A stretch of 64,000 bases of DNA. Source: the human T2T-CHM13v2.0 reference genome, Homo sapiens. Location: the NCBI RefSeq assembly GCF_009914755.1, contig NC_060946.1; one strand, written 5' to 3'. The notes under the pieces are model-generated. The model saw only the letters and a list, made by a program, of their open reading frames with translations, searched no databases and was not told the origin of the DNA. A program made the translations under genes and the position numbers. Positions 13,694 to 28,600 of this stretch are shown here, piece by piece; positions within the stretch are counted from its first letter, which is position 1; every line of letters starts with the position of its first letter.

Positions 13694-16600
13694 ATTTTAA
13701 AAGACGGCCGTTTCCATACTTCTCAATCAAAAGAAAGGTTAAATTCTCTGAGGTTAATGCCCACGTCAGAATGAAGTTTCTCAGAATTCTCCTGTCTAGT
13801 TTCTATGTGAAGATATTTACTATTTCACTGTAGGCTTCAAAGGTCTCAAAAATATCCCTTTGCAGATTCTACAAAAATACGGTTTCCACAGTGCTGAATT
13901 AAAAGAAACCTTCAACTCTGTCAGATGAATGGAGACATCACAAAGAAGTTCCTCGGAATGCTTCTGTCTAGTTTAAATGTGAAGATATTTCTCTTTCACC
14001 ACAGACCTCAAATGGCTCAGAAATATGCCATTGCAGATTGCAGAAAAAGACTGTCTCTAAACTGCTCAAATAAAATAAAGTTTCAACACTGTGAGATGAA
14101 TGCACACATCACAAAGAAGTTTCTCAGAAAGCTTCTGTCTAGTTTTTATGTGAAGATATTTCCTTTTTCAGCATAGTCCTTACACCGCTCACAAATATCC
14201 TTCTGCAGATACTAGAAAAAGACTGTTTCCAAACTGCTCCATCAAAAGAAAATTTCACCTACCTGAGAGGAATGCACACATCATAAAGAAGTTTCTCAGA
14301 ATTCTTCTGTCTAGATTTTATGTGAAGATATTTGCATTTTCACCTCAGGCCACAAAGCGCTCCAAACATCCCTTTGCAGATGATACGAAAAGACTGTTTC
14401 CAAACTGCTCAATCAAAAGAAATTTTCAACTCTGTGAGATGAAAGCACACATCACAGAAAAGTTTCTCAGAAATCTTCTGTCTAGTTTTTATCTCAAGAT
14501 AATTCCTATTTTGCCATAGGAATCAAGGGGCTCACAAATATCCCTTTGCAGATTCTACAAAAGTTCTGTTTACAAACCTCTCAATCAAAAGAAACGTTCA
14601 ACATTGTGAGATGAATGAACACATCACAAAGAAGTTTCTCAGAATGCTTCTGTCTGGTTACTCTGTGAAGATATTTCTTTTTTCACCACAGTCTTTAAGC
14701 CACTCAAAAATATCTGTCTGCAGACACTACAAAAAGACTGTTTCCAAACTGGCCCATATAGCATGTTTCAACTATGTGAAATGAATGCACTCATCAAAGA
14801 GAAGTTTCTCAGAATTCTTCTGTCTAGTTTTTATGTGAAGATATTTCCTTCTTCACTGTAGGCCGCAAATTGCTCCAAATATCCATTTGCGGATTCTACA
14901 GAAAGAATGTTTCCAAACTGGTCAATCAACAGAAAGGCTCAACTCTGTGAGACGAAAGCACACATCACAAAGAAGTTTCTCAGAAAGCTTCTGTCTACAT
15001 TTTTTGTGAAGGTATTTCCTTTGGCACCGTAGGCCTTAAACCACTCACAAACATAACTCCGCTTATACTACCAAGAGACTTTCTCCAAATTGCTAAATCA
15101 AAAGAAACGTTCAACTCTGTGAGATGAATACACACATCAAAAAGAAGTTTCTCAAAATGGTTCTGTCTAGTTTTCATGTGAAGATATTTATTTTTCACCA
15201 TTGGCCCCAAACGGCTCAGAAATATCCCTTTGCAGTTTGTAGGAAAAGACTGTTTCCAAACTGCTCAATGAGAAGAAATGGTCAACTATTAGAGATGAAT
15301 GGAAATGTCACAAAGAGTTTTCTCAAAAAGCTACTGTGTCGTTTTTATGTGAAGACGTTTCCTTTTTCACTCTAGGCCTTAAAACTCTCTAAATATACAT
15401 TCACAGATTCTACAAAAAGACTGATTCCAAACTGCTCAATCAGAAGAAAGGTTCAATTCCGTGTGACAAACGTGCACATCACAAAGAAATTTGTCAGAAA
15501 GCTTCTGTCTACTTTTTATGTGAAGATATTTCATATTTCAACAAAGGCCATAAAGGGCTCACAAATATCCCTTTGCAGATTCTAAGGAAAGACATTTTCC
15601 AAACTCCTCAATCAAAAGAAAGGTTTCACTCTGTGCGATGAATGGACACATCACAAAGAAGTTTCTCAGAAAGCTTCTGTCTACTTTTTATGTGAGGCTA
15701 TTTCTTGTTCACCATAGGCCTCAAGCAGCTAAGAAATTTCCCTCTGCAGCTTCTACAAAAGACTGGTTCCAAACTGCTCAACTGAAAGGAAGGTTGAATT
15801 CTGTGACATGAATTCACACATCACAAAGAGGTTTTTCAGAAATCTTCTGTCTAGTTTTATGTGAAGATACTTCCTTTTTCACCAAGGGCCTCAAATATCT
15901 CCAAATATCCATTTGCAGATTCTACAGAAAGACTTCCCAAACTGCTCAAACAAAAGAAAGGTTCAACACAGTGAGATGAAGGCACACATCACAAAGAAGT
16001 TTCTCAGAAATCTCCTGTCTAGTTTTTGTGTGAAGATATTTCGTATTTCACCACAGGCCATAAGGGGCTCACAAATATCCCTTTGCAGGTTCTACACAAA
16101 GACTGTTTCCAAACTGCTCAATCAAAAGAAAGGTTCAACTCTGTGACGTGAATGGACACATCACAAAAAATTTCTCGGAATGATTCCTTGTAGTTTTTAT
16201 GGGAAGATGTTTCTCTTTCACCAGAAGCCTCAAACGGATCAGAATTCTCCCTTTGCAGATTGTACAGTAAGCCTCTTTCCAATCTGCTCAATCAAAAGAA
16301 AGTTTCAACTCTGGGAGGTGAATGCACACATCACAAGGGAGTTTCTCAGAAAGCTTCTGTTTAGTTTTTACATGAAGATGTTTCGTTTTTCAACATGGGC
16401 CTCAAAAGCTCTCCAAATATCCACTTGCAGATTCTAGAAAAAGAGTGTTTCCAAACTCCTCAGTCAAAAGAAAGTTTCAATTGTGTGAGATGAAAGCACA
16501 CATCACTCCGAAGTTTCTTAGAAAGCTTCTGTCTAGTTTTTATGTGAAGATACTTCACAGTGCATCATAGTACTCAATGGGCTCAGAAATATCCCTTGGC

Positions 16601-19600
16601 AGATTCTACAAAAGGACTGTTTCAAAACTGCTCAATCCAAAGAAAGTTTCAACTATGTGAGATGAATGCACACATCACAAAGAAGTTCCTCAGAATGCTT
16701 CTGTCTAGTTTATATGTGAAGAAGATTCCTATTTCACCATAGGCAATAAAGGGCTCACAAATATGTTTTGCAGATTCTACAAAAAGACTGTGTCCAAACT
16801 GCTCAATAAAAAGAAAGTTTTAACTCTGTTAGATTAACGGACACATCGAAAAGTAGTTTCTCAGAAAACTTCTCTTTAGTTTTTATGAGAAGATATTTCC
16901 TTTGCCACCATTGGCCTCAAAGCACTCCTAATATCCATTTACAGATTTCACGAAAAGAGTGTTTCCAAACAGCTCAATCAAAAGAAAGTGTTTAACTCTG
17001 TGAGGTGAAAGCACACATCTCAATGAAGTTTCTCAGAAAGCTTCGGTCTACTTTTCATGTGAAGATATTTCCAGTTTCACCGTAGGCCTCAAAGGGCTAA
17101 GAAATATCCCATTCCAGATTTTAAAAGACGGCCGTTTCCATACTTCTCAATCAAAAGAAAGGTTAAATTCTCTGAGGTTAATGCCCACGTCAGAATGAAG
17201 TTTCTCAGAATTCTCCTGTCTAGTTTCTATGTGAAGATATTTACTATTTCACTGTAGGCTTCAAAGGTCTCAAAAATATCCCTTTGCAGATTCTACAAAA
17301 ATACGGTTTCCACAGTGCTGAATTAAAAGAAACCTTCAACTCTGTCAGATGAATGGAGACATCACAAAGAAGTTCCTCGGAATGCTTCTGTCTAGTTTAA
17401 ATGTGAAGATATTTCTCTTTCACCACAGACCTCAAATGGCTCAGAAATATGCCATTGCAGATTGCAGAAAAAGACTGTCTCTAAACTGCTCAAATAAAAT
17501 AAAGTTTCAACACTGTGAGATGAATGCACACATCACAAAGAAGTTTCTCAGAAAGCTTCTGTCTAGTTTTTATGTGAAGATATTTCCTTTTTCAGCATAG
17601 TCCTTACACCGCTCACAAATATCCTTCTGCAGATACTAGAAAAAGACTGTTTCCAAACTGCTCCATCAAAAGAAAATTTCACCTACCTGAGAGGAATGCA
17701 CACATCATAAAGAAGTTTCTCAGAATTCTTCTGTCTAGATTTTATGTGAAGATATTTGCATTTTCACCTCAGGCCACAAAGCGCTCCAAACATCCCTTTG
17801 CAGATGATACGAAAAGACTGTTTCCAAACTGCTCAATCAAAAGAAATTTTCAACTCTGTGAGATGAAAGCACACATCACAGAAAAGTTTCTCAGAAATCT
17901 TCTGTCTAGTTTTTATCTCAAGATAATTCCTATTTTGCCATAGGAATCAAGGGGCTCACAAATATCCCTTTGCAGATTCTACAAAAGTTCTGTTTACAAA
18001 CCTCTCAATCAAAAGAAACGTTCAACATTGTGAGATGAATGAACACATCACAAAGAAGTTTCTCAGAATGCTTCTGTCTGGTTACTCTGTGAAGATATTT
18101 ATTTTTTCACCACAGTCTTTAAGCCACTCAAAAATATCTGTCTGCAGACACTACAAAAAGACTGTTTCCAAACTGGCCCATATAGCATGTTTCAACTATG
18201 TGAAATGAATGCACTCATCAAAGAGAAGTTTCTCAGAATTCTTCTGTCTAGTTTTTATGTGAAGATATTTCCTTCTTCACCGTAGGCCGCAAATTGCTCC
18301 AAATATCCATTTGCGGATTCTACAGAAAGAATGTTTCCAAACTGGTCAATCAACAGAAAGGCTCAACTCTGTGAGACGAAAGCACACATCACAAAGAAGT
18401 TTCTCAGAAAGCTTCTGTCTACATTTTTTGTGAAGGTATTTCCTTTGGCACCGTAGGCCTTAAACCACTCACAAACATAACTCCGCTTATACTACCAAGA
18501 GACTTTCTCCAAATTGCTAAATCAAAAGAAACGTTCAACTCTGTGAGATGAATACACACATCAAAAAGAAGTTTCTCAAAATGGTTCTGTCTAGTTTTCA
18601 TGTGAAGATATTTATTTTTCACCATTGGCCCCAAACGGCTCAGAAATATCCCTTTGCAGTTTGTAGGAAAAGACTGTTTCCAAACTGCTCAATGAGAAGA
18701 AATGGTCAACTATTAGAGATGAATGGAAATGTCACAAAGAGTTTTCTCAAAAAGCTACTGTGTCGTTTTTATGTGAAGACGTTTCCTTTTTCACTCTAGG
18801 CCTTAAAACTCTCTAAATATACATTCACAGATTCTACAAAAAGACGGATTCCAAACTGCTCAATCAGAAGAAAGGTTCAATTCCGTGTGACAAACGTGCA
18901 CATCACAAAGAAATTTGTCAGAAAGCTTCTGTCTACTTTTTATGTGAAGATATTTCATATTTCAACAAAGGCCATAAAGGGCTCACAAATATCCCTTTGC
19001 AGATTCTAAGGAAAGACATTTTCCAAACTCCTCAATCAAAAGAAAGGTTTCACTCTGTGCGATGAATGGACACATCACAAAGAAGTTTCTCAGAAAGCTT
19101 CTGTCTACTTTTTATGTGAGGCTATTTCTTGTTCACCATAGGCCTCAAGCAGCTAAGAAATTTCCCTCTGCAGCTTCTACAAAAGACTGGTTCCAAACTG
19201 CTCAACTGAAAGGAAGGTTGAATTCTGTGACATGAATTCACACATCACAAAGAGGTTTTTCAGAAATCTTCTGTCTAGTTTTATGTGAAGATACTTCCTT
19301 TTTCACCAAGGGCCTCAAATATCTCCAAATATCCATTTGCAGATTCTACAGAAAGACTTCCCAAACTGCTCAAACAAAAGAAAGGTTCAACACAGTGAGA
19401 TGAAGGCACACATCACAAAGAAGTTTCTCAGAAATCTCCTGTCTAGTTTTTGTGTGAAGATATTTCGTATTTCACCACAGGCCATAAGGGGCTCACAAAT
19501 ATCCCTTTGCAGGTTCTACACAAAGACTGTTTCCAAACTGCTCAATCAAAAGAAAGGTTCAACTCTGTGACGTGAATGGACACATCACAAAAAATTTCTC

Positions 19601-22600
19601 GGAATGATTCCTTGTAGTTTTTATGGGAAGATGTTTCTCTTTCACCAGAAGCCTCAAACGGATCAGAATTCTCCCTTTGCAGATTGTACAGTAAGCCTCT
19701 TTCCAATCTGCTCAATCAAAAGAAAGTTTCAACTCTGGGAGGTGAATGCACACATCACAAGGGAGTTTCTCAGAAAGCTTCTGTTTAGTTTTTACATGAA
19801 GATGTTTCGTTTTTCAACATGGGCCTCAAAAGCTCTCCAAATATCCACTTGCAGATTCTAGAAAAAGAGTGTTTCCAAACTCCTCAGTCAAAAGAAAGTT
19901 TCAATTGTGTGAGATGAAAGCACACATCACTCCGAAGTTTCTTAGAAAGCTTCTGTCTAGTTTTTATGTGAAGATACTTCACAGTGCATCATAGTACTCA
20001 ATGGGCTCAGAAATATCCCTTGGCAGATTCTACAAAAGGACTGTTTCAAAACTGCTCAATCCAAAGAAAGTTTCAACTATGTGAGATGAATGCACACATC
20101 ACAAAGAAGTTCCTCAGAATGCTTCTGTCTAGTTTATATGTGAAGAAGATTCCTATTTCACCATAGGCAATAAAGGGCTCACAAATATGTTTTGCAGATT
20201 CTACAAAAAGACTGTGTCCAAACTGCTCAATAAAAAGAAAGTTTTAACTCTGTTAGATTAACGGACACATCGAAAAGTAGTTTCTCAGAAAACTTCTCTT
20301 TAGTTTTTATGAGAAGATATTTCCTTTGCCACCATTGGCCTCAAAGCACTCCTAATATCCATTTACAGATTTCACGAAAAGAGTGTTTCCAAACAGCTCA
20401 ATCAAAAGAAAGTGTTTAACTCTGTGAGGTGAAAGCACACATCTCAATGAAGTTTCTCAGAAAGCTTCGGTCTACTTTTCATGTGAAGATATTTCCAGTT
20501 TCACCGTAGGCCTCAAAGGGCTAAGAAATATCCCATTCCAGATTTTAAAAGACGGCCGTTTCCATACTTCTCAATCAAAAGAAAGGTTAAATTCTCTGAG
20601 GTTAATGCCCACGTCAGAATGAAGTTTCTCAGAATTCTCCTGTCTAGTTTCTATGTGAAGATATTTACTATTTCACTGTAGGCTTCAAAGGTCTCAAAAA
20701 TATCCCTTTGCAGATTCTACAAAAATACGGTTTCCACAGTGCTGAATTAAAAGAAACCTTCAACTCTGTCAGATGAATGGAGACATCACAAAGAAGTTCC
20801 TCGGAATGCTTCTGTCTAGTTTAAATGTGAAGATATTTCTCTTTCACCACAGACCTCAAATGGCTCAGAAATATGCCATTGCAGATTGCAGAAAAAGACT
20901 GTCTCTAAACTGCTCAAATAAAATAAAGTTTCAACACTGTGAGATGAATGCACACATCACAAAGAAGTTTCTCAGAAAGCTTCTGTCTAGTTTTTATGTG
21001 AAGATATTTCCTTTTTCAGCATAGTCCTTACACCGCTCACAAATATCCTTCTGCAGATACTAGAAAAAGACTGTTTCCAAACTGCTCCATCAAAAGAAAA
21101 TTTCACCTACCTGAGAGGAATGCACACATCATAAAGAAGTTTCTCAGAATTCTTCTGTCTAGATTTTATGTGAAGATATTTGCATTTTCACCTCAGGCCA
21201 CAAAGCGCTCCAAACATCCCTTTGCAGATGATACGAAAAGACTGTTTCCAAACTGCTCAATCAAAAGAAATTTTCAACTCTGTGAGATGAAAGCACACAT
21301 CACAGAAAAGTTTCTCAGAAATCTTCTGTCTAGTTTTTATCTCAAGATAATTCCTATTTTGCCATAGGAATCAAGGGGCTCACAAATATCCCTTTGCAGA
21401 TTCTACAAAAGTTCTGTTTACAAACCTCTCAATCAAAAGAAACGTTCAACATTGTGAGATGAATGAACACATCACAAAGAAGTTTCTCAGAATGCTTCTG
21501 TCTGGTTACTCTGTGAAGATATTTCTTTTTTCACCACAGTCTTTAAGCCACTCAAAAATATCTGTCTGCAGACACTACAAAAAGACTGTTTCCAAACTGG
21601 CCCATATAGCATGTTTCAAATATGTGAAATGAATGCACTCATCAAAGAGAAGTTTCTCAGAATTCTTCTGTCTAGTTTTTATGTGAAGATATTTCCTTCT
21701 TCACCGTAGGCCGCAAATTGCTCCAAATATCCATTTGCGGATTCTACAGAAAGAATGTTTCCAAACTGGTCAATCAACAGAAAGGCTCAACTCTGTGAGA
21801 CGAAAGCACACATCACAAAGAAGTTTCTCAGAAAGCTTCTGTCTACATTTTTTGTGAAGGTATTTCCTTTGGCACCGTAGGCCTTAAACCACTCACAAAC
21901 ATAACTCCGCTTATACTACCAAGAGACTTTCTCCAAATTGCTAAATCAAAAGAAACGTTCAACTCTGTGAGATGAATACACACATCAAAAAGAAGTTTCT
22001 CAAAATGGTTCTGTCTAGTTTTCATGTGAAGATATTTATTTTTCACCATTGGCCCCAAACGGCTCAGAAATATCCCTTTGCAGTTTGTAGGAAAAGACTG
22101 TTTCCAAACTGCTCAATGAGAAGAAATGGTCAACTATTAGAGATGAATGGAAATGTCACAAAGAGTTTTCTCAAAAAGCTACTGTGTCGTTTTTATGTGA
22201 AGACGTTTCCTTTTTCACTCTAGGCCTTAAAACTCTCTAAATATACATTCACAGATTCTACAAAAAGACGGATTCCAAACTGCTCAATCAGAAGAAAGGT
22301 TCAATTCCGTGTGACAAACGTGCACATCACAAAGAAATTTGTCAGAAAGCTTCTGTCTACTTTTTATGTGAAGATATTTCATATTTCAACAAAGGCCATA
22401 AAGGGCTCACAAATATCCCTTTGCAGATTCTAAGGAAAGACATTTTCCAAACTCCTCAATCAAAAGAAAGGTTTCACTCTGTGCGATGAATGGACACATC
22501 ACAAAGAAGTTTCTCAGAAAGCTTCTGTCTACTTTTTATGTGAGGCTATTTCTTGTTCACCATAGGCCTCAAGCAGCTAAGAAATTTCCCTCTGCAGCTT

Positions 22601-25600
22601 CTACAAAAGACTGGTTCCAAACTGCTCAACTGAAAGGAAGGTTGAATTCTGTGACATGAATTCACACATCACAAAGAGGTTTTTCAGAAATCTTCTGTCT
22701 AGTTTTATGTGAAGATACTTCCTTTTTCACCAAGGGCCTCAAATATCTCCAAATATCCATTTGCAGATTCTACAGAAAGACTTCCCAAACTGCTCAAACA
22801 AAAGAAAGGTTCAACACAGTGAGATGAAGGCACACATCACAAAGAAGTTTCTCAGAAATCTCCTGTCTAGTTTTTGTGTGAAGATATTTCGTATTTCACC
22901 ACAGGCCATAAGGGGCTCACAAATATCCCTTTGCAGGTTCTACACAAAGACTGTTTCCAAACTGCTCAATCAAAAGAAAGGTTCAACTCTGTGACGTGAA
23001 TGGACACATCACAAAAAATTTCTCGGAATGATTCCTTGTAGTTTTTATGGGAAGATGTTTCTCTTTCACCAGAAGCCTCAAACGGATCAGAATTCTCCCT
23101 TTGCAGATTGTACAGTAAGCCTCTTTCCAATCTGCTCAATCAAAAGAAAGTTTCAACTCTGGGAGGTGAATGCACACATCACAAGGGAGTTTCTCAGAAA
23201 GCTTCTGTTTAGTTTTTACATGAAGATGTTTCGTTTTTCAACATGGGCCTCAAAAGCTCTCCAAATATCCACTTGCAGATTCTAGAAAAAGAGTGTTTCC
23301 AAACTCCTCAGTCAAAAGAAAGTTTCAATTGTGTGAGATGAAAGCACACATCACTCCGAAGTTTCTTAGAAAGCTTCTGTCTAGTTTTTATGTGAAGATA
23401 CTTCACAGTGCATCATAGTACTCAATGGGCTCAGAAATATCCCTTGGCAGATTCTACAAAAGGACTGTTTCAAAACTGCTCAATCCAAAGAAAGTTTCAA
23501 CTATGTGAGATGAATGCACACATCACAAAGAAGTTCCTCAGAATGCTTCTGTCTAGTTTATATGTGAAGAAGATTCCTATTTCACCATAGGCAATAAAGG
23601 GCTCACAAATATGTTTTGCAGATTCTACAAAAAGACTGTGTCCAAACTGCTCAATAAAAGGAAAGTTTTAACTCTGTTAGATTAACGGACACATCGAAAA
23701 GTAGTTTCTCAGAAAACTTCTCTTTAGTTTTTATGAGAAGATATTTCCTTTGCCACCATTGGCCTCAAAGCACTCCTAATATCCATTTACAGATTTCACA
23801 AAAAGAGTGTTTCCAAACAGCTCAATCAAAAGAAAGTGTTTAACTCTGTGAGGTGAAAGCACACATCTCAATGAAGTTTCTCAGAAAGCTTCGGTCTACT
23901 TTTCATGTGAAGATATTTCCAGTTTCACCGTAGGCCTCAAAGGGCTAAGAAATATCCCATTCCAGATTTTAAAATACGGCCGTTTCCATACTTCTCAATC
24001 AAAAGAAAGGTTAAATTCTCTGAGGTTAATGCCCACGTCAGAATGAAGTTTCTCAGAATTCTCCTGTCTAGTTTCTATGTGAAGATATTTACTATTTCAC
24101 TGTAGGCTTCAAAGGTCTCAAAAATATCCCTTTGCAGATTCTACAAAAATACGGTTTCCACAGTGCTGAATTAAAAGAAACCTTCAACTCTGTCAGATGA
24201 ATGGAGACATCACAAAGAAGTTCCTCGGAATGCTTCTGTCTAGTTTAAATGTGAAGATATTTCTCTTTCACCACAGACCTCAAATGGCTCAGAAATATGC
24301 CATTGCAGATTGCAGAAAAAGACTGTCTCTAAACTGCTCAAATAAAATAAAGTTTCAACACTGTGAGATGAATGCACACATCACAAAGAAGTTTCTCAGA
24401 AAGCTTCTGTCTAGTTTTTATGTGAAGATATTTCCTTTTTCAGCATAGTCCTTACACCGCTCACAAATATCCTTCTGCAGATACTAGAAAAAGACTGTTT
24501 CCAAACTGCTCCATCAAAAGAAAATTTCACCTACCTGAGAGGAATGCACACATCATAAAGAAGTTTCTCAGAATTCTTCTGTCTAGATTTTATGTGAAGA
24601 TATTTGCATTTTCACCTCAGGCCACAAAGCGCTCCAAACATCCCTTTGCAGATGATACGAAAAGACTGTTTCCAAACTGCTCAATCAAAAGAAATTTTCA
24701 ACTCTGTGAGATGAAAGCACACATCACAGAAAAGTTTCTCAGAAATCTTCTGTCTAGTTTTTATCTCAAGATAATTCCTATTTTGCCATAGGAATCAAGG
24801 GGCTCACAAATATCCCTTTGCAGATTCTACAAAAGTTCTGTTTACAAACCTCTCAATCAAAAGAAACGTTCAACATTGTGAGATGAATGAACACATCACA
24901 AAGAAGTTTCTCAGAATGCTTCTGTCTGGTTACTCTGTGAAGATATTTATTTTTTCACCACAGTCTTTAAGCCACTCAAAAATATCTGTCTGCAGACACT
25001 ACAAAAAGACTGTTTCCAAACTGGCCCATATAGCATGTTTCAACTATGTGAAATGAATGCACTCATCAAAGAGAAGTTTCTCAGAATTCTTCTGTCTAGT
25101 TTTTATGTGAAGATATTTCCTTCTTCACCGTAGGCCGCAAATTGCTCCAAATATCCATTTGCGGATTCTACAGAAAGAATGTTTCCAAACTGGTCAATCA
25201 ACAGAAAGGCTCAACTCTGTGAGACGAAAGCACACATCACAAAGAAGTTTCTCAGAAAGCTTCTGTCTACATTTTTTGTGAAGGTATTTCCTTTGGCACC
25301 GTAGGCCTTAAACCACTCACAAACATAACTCCGCTTATACTACCAAGAGACTTTCTCCAAATTGCTAAATCAAAAGAAACGTTCAACTCTGTGAGATGAA
25401 TACACACATCAAAAAGAAGTTTCTCAAAATGGTTCTGTCTAGTTTTCATGTGAAGATATTTATTTTTCACCATTGGCCCCAAACGGCTCAGAAATATCCC
25501 TTTGCAGTTTGTAGGAAAAGACTGTTTCCAAACTGCTCAATGAGAAGAAATGGTCAACTATTAGAGATGAATGGAAATGTCACAAAGAGTTTTCTCAAAA

Positions 25601-28600
25601 AGCTACTGTGTCGTTTTTATGTGAAGACGTTTCCTTTTTCACTCTAGGCCTTAAAACTCTCTAAATATACATTCACAGATTCTACAAAAAGACGGATTCC
25701 AAACTGCTCAATCAGAAGAAAGGTTCAATTCCGTGTGACAAACGTGCACATCACAAAGAAATTTGTCAGAAAGCTTCTGTCTACTTTTTATGTGAAGATA
25801 TTTCATATTTCAACAAAGGCCATAAAGGGCTCACAAATATCCCTTTGCAGATTCTAAGGAAAGACATTTTCCAAACTCCTCAATCAAAAGAAAGGTTTCA
25901 CTCTGTGCGATGAATGGACACATCACAAAGAAGTTTCTCAGAAAGCTTCTGTCTACTTTTTATGTGAGGCTATTTCTTGTTCACCATAGGCCTCAAGCAG
26001 CTAAGAAATTTCCCTCTGCAGCTTCTACAAAAGACTGGTTCCAAACTGCTCAACTGAAAGGAAGGTTGAATTCTGTGACATGAATTCACACATCACAAAG
26101 AGGTTTTTCAGAAATCTTCTGTCTAGTTTTATGTGAAGATACTTCCTTTTTCACCAAGGGCCTCAAATATCTCCAAATATCCATTTGCAGATTCTACAGA
26201 AAGACTTCCCAAACTGCTCAAACAAAAGAAAGGTTCAACACAGTGAGATGAAGGCACACATCACAAAGAAGTTTCTCAGAAATCTCCTGTCTAGTTTTTG
26301 TGTGAAGATACTTCGTATTTCACCACAGGCCATAAGGGGCTCACAAATATCCCTTTGCAGGTTCTACACAAAGACTGTTTCCAAACTGCTCAATCAAAAG
26401 AAAGGTTCAACTCTGTGACGTGAATGGACACATCACAAAAAATTTCTCGGAATGATTCCTTGTAGTTTTTATGGGAAGATGTTTCTCTTTCACCAGAAGC
26501 CTCAAACGGATCAGAATTCTCCCTTTGCAGATTGTACAGTAAGCCTCTTTCCAATCTGCTCAATCAAAAGAAAGTTTCAACTCTGGGAGGTGAATGCACA
26601 CATCACAAGGGAGTTTCTCAGAAAGCTTCTGTTTAGTTTTTACATGAAGATGTTTCGTTTTTCAACATGGGCCTCAAAAGCTCTCCAAATATCCACTTGC
26701 AGATTCTAGAAAAAGAGTGTTTCCAAACTCCTCAGTCAAAAGAAAGTTTCAATTGTGTGAGATGAAAGCACACATCACTCCGAAGTTTCTTAGAAAGCTT
26801 CTGTCTAGTTTTTATGTGAAGATACTTCACAGTGCATCATAGTACTCAATGGGCTCAGAAATATCCCTTGGCAGATTCTACAAAAGGACTGTTTCAAAAC
26901 TGCTCAATCCAAAGAAAGTTTCAACTATGTGAGATGAATGCACACATCACAAAGAAGTTCCTCAGAATGCTTCTGTCTAGTTTATATGTGAAGAAGATTC
27001 CTATTTCACCATAGGCAATAAAGGGCTCACAAATATGTTTTGCAGATTCTACAAAAAGACTGTGTCCAAACTGCTCAATAAAAAGAAAGTTTTAACTCTG
27101 TTAGATTAACGGACACATCGAAAAGTAGTTTCTCAGAAAACTTCTCTTTAGTTTTTATGAGAAGATATTTCCTTTGCCACCATTGGCCTCAAAGCACTCC
27201 TAATATCCATTTACAGATTTCACGAAAAGAGTGTTTCCAAACAGCTCAATCAAAAGAAAGTGTTTAACTCTGTGAGGTGAAAGCACACATCTCAATGAAG
27301 TTTCTCAGAAAGCTTCGGTCTACTTTTCATGTGAAGATATTTCCAGTTTCACCGTAGGCCTCAAAGGGCTAAGAAATATCCCATTCCAGATTTTAAAAGA
27401 CGGCCGTTTCCATACTTCTCAATCAAAAGAAAGGTTAAATTCTCTGAGGTTAATGCCCACGTCAGAATGAAGTTTCTCAGAATTCTCCTGTCTAGTTTCT
27501 ATGTGAAGATATTTACTATTTCACTGTAGGCTTCAAAGGTCTCAAAAATATCCCTTTGCAGATTCTACAAAAATACGGTTTCCACAGTGCTGAATTAAAA
27601 GAAACCTTCAACTCTGTCAGATGAATGGAGACATCACAAAGAAGTTCCTCGGAATGCTTCTGTCTAGTTTAAATGTGAAGATATTTCTCTTTCACCACAG
27701 ACCTCAAATGGCTCAGAAATATGCCATTGCAGATTGCAGAAAAAGACTGTCTCTAAACTGCTCAAATAAAATAAAGTTTCAACACTGTGAGATGAATGCA
27801 CACATCACAAAGAAGTTTCTCAGAAAGCTTCTGTCTAGTTTTTATGTGAAGATATTTCCTTTTTCAGCATAGTCCTTACACCGCTCACAAATATCCTTCT
27901 GCAGATACTAGAAAAAGACTGTTTCCAAACTGCTCCATCAAAAGAAAATTTCACCTACCTGAGAGGAATGCACACATCATAAAGAAGTTTCTCAGAATTC
28001 TTCTGTCTAGATTTTATGTGAAGATATTTGCATTTTCACCTCAGGCCACAAAGCGCTCCAAACATCCCTTTGCAGATGATACGAAAAGACTGTTTCCAAA
28101 CTGCTCAATCAAAAGAAATTTTCAACTCTGTGAGATGAAAGCACACATCACAGAAAAGTTTCTCAGAAATCTTCTGTCTAGTTTTTATCTCAAGATAATT
28201 CCTATTTTGCCATAGGAATCAAGGGGCTCACAAATATCCCTTTGCAGATTCTACAAAAGTTCTGTTTACAAACCTCTCAATCAAAAGAAACGTTCAACAT
28301 TGTGAGATGAATGAACACATCACAAAGAAGTTTCTCAGAATGCTTCTGTCTGGTTACTCTGTGAAGATATTTCTTTTTTCACCACAGTCTTTAAGCCACT
28401 CAAAAATATCTGTCTGCAGACACTACAAAAAGACTGTTTCCAAACTGGCCCATATAGCATGTTTCAAATATGTGAAATGAATGCACTCATCAAAGAGAAG
28501 TTTCTCAGAATTCTTCTGTCTAGTTTTTATGTGAAGATATTTCCTTCTTCACCGTAGGCCGCAAATTGCTCCAAATATCCATTTGCGGATTCTACAGAAA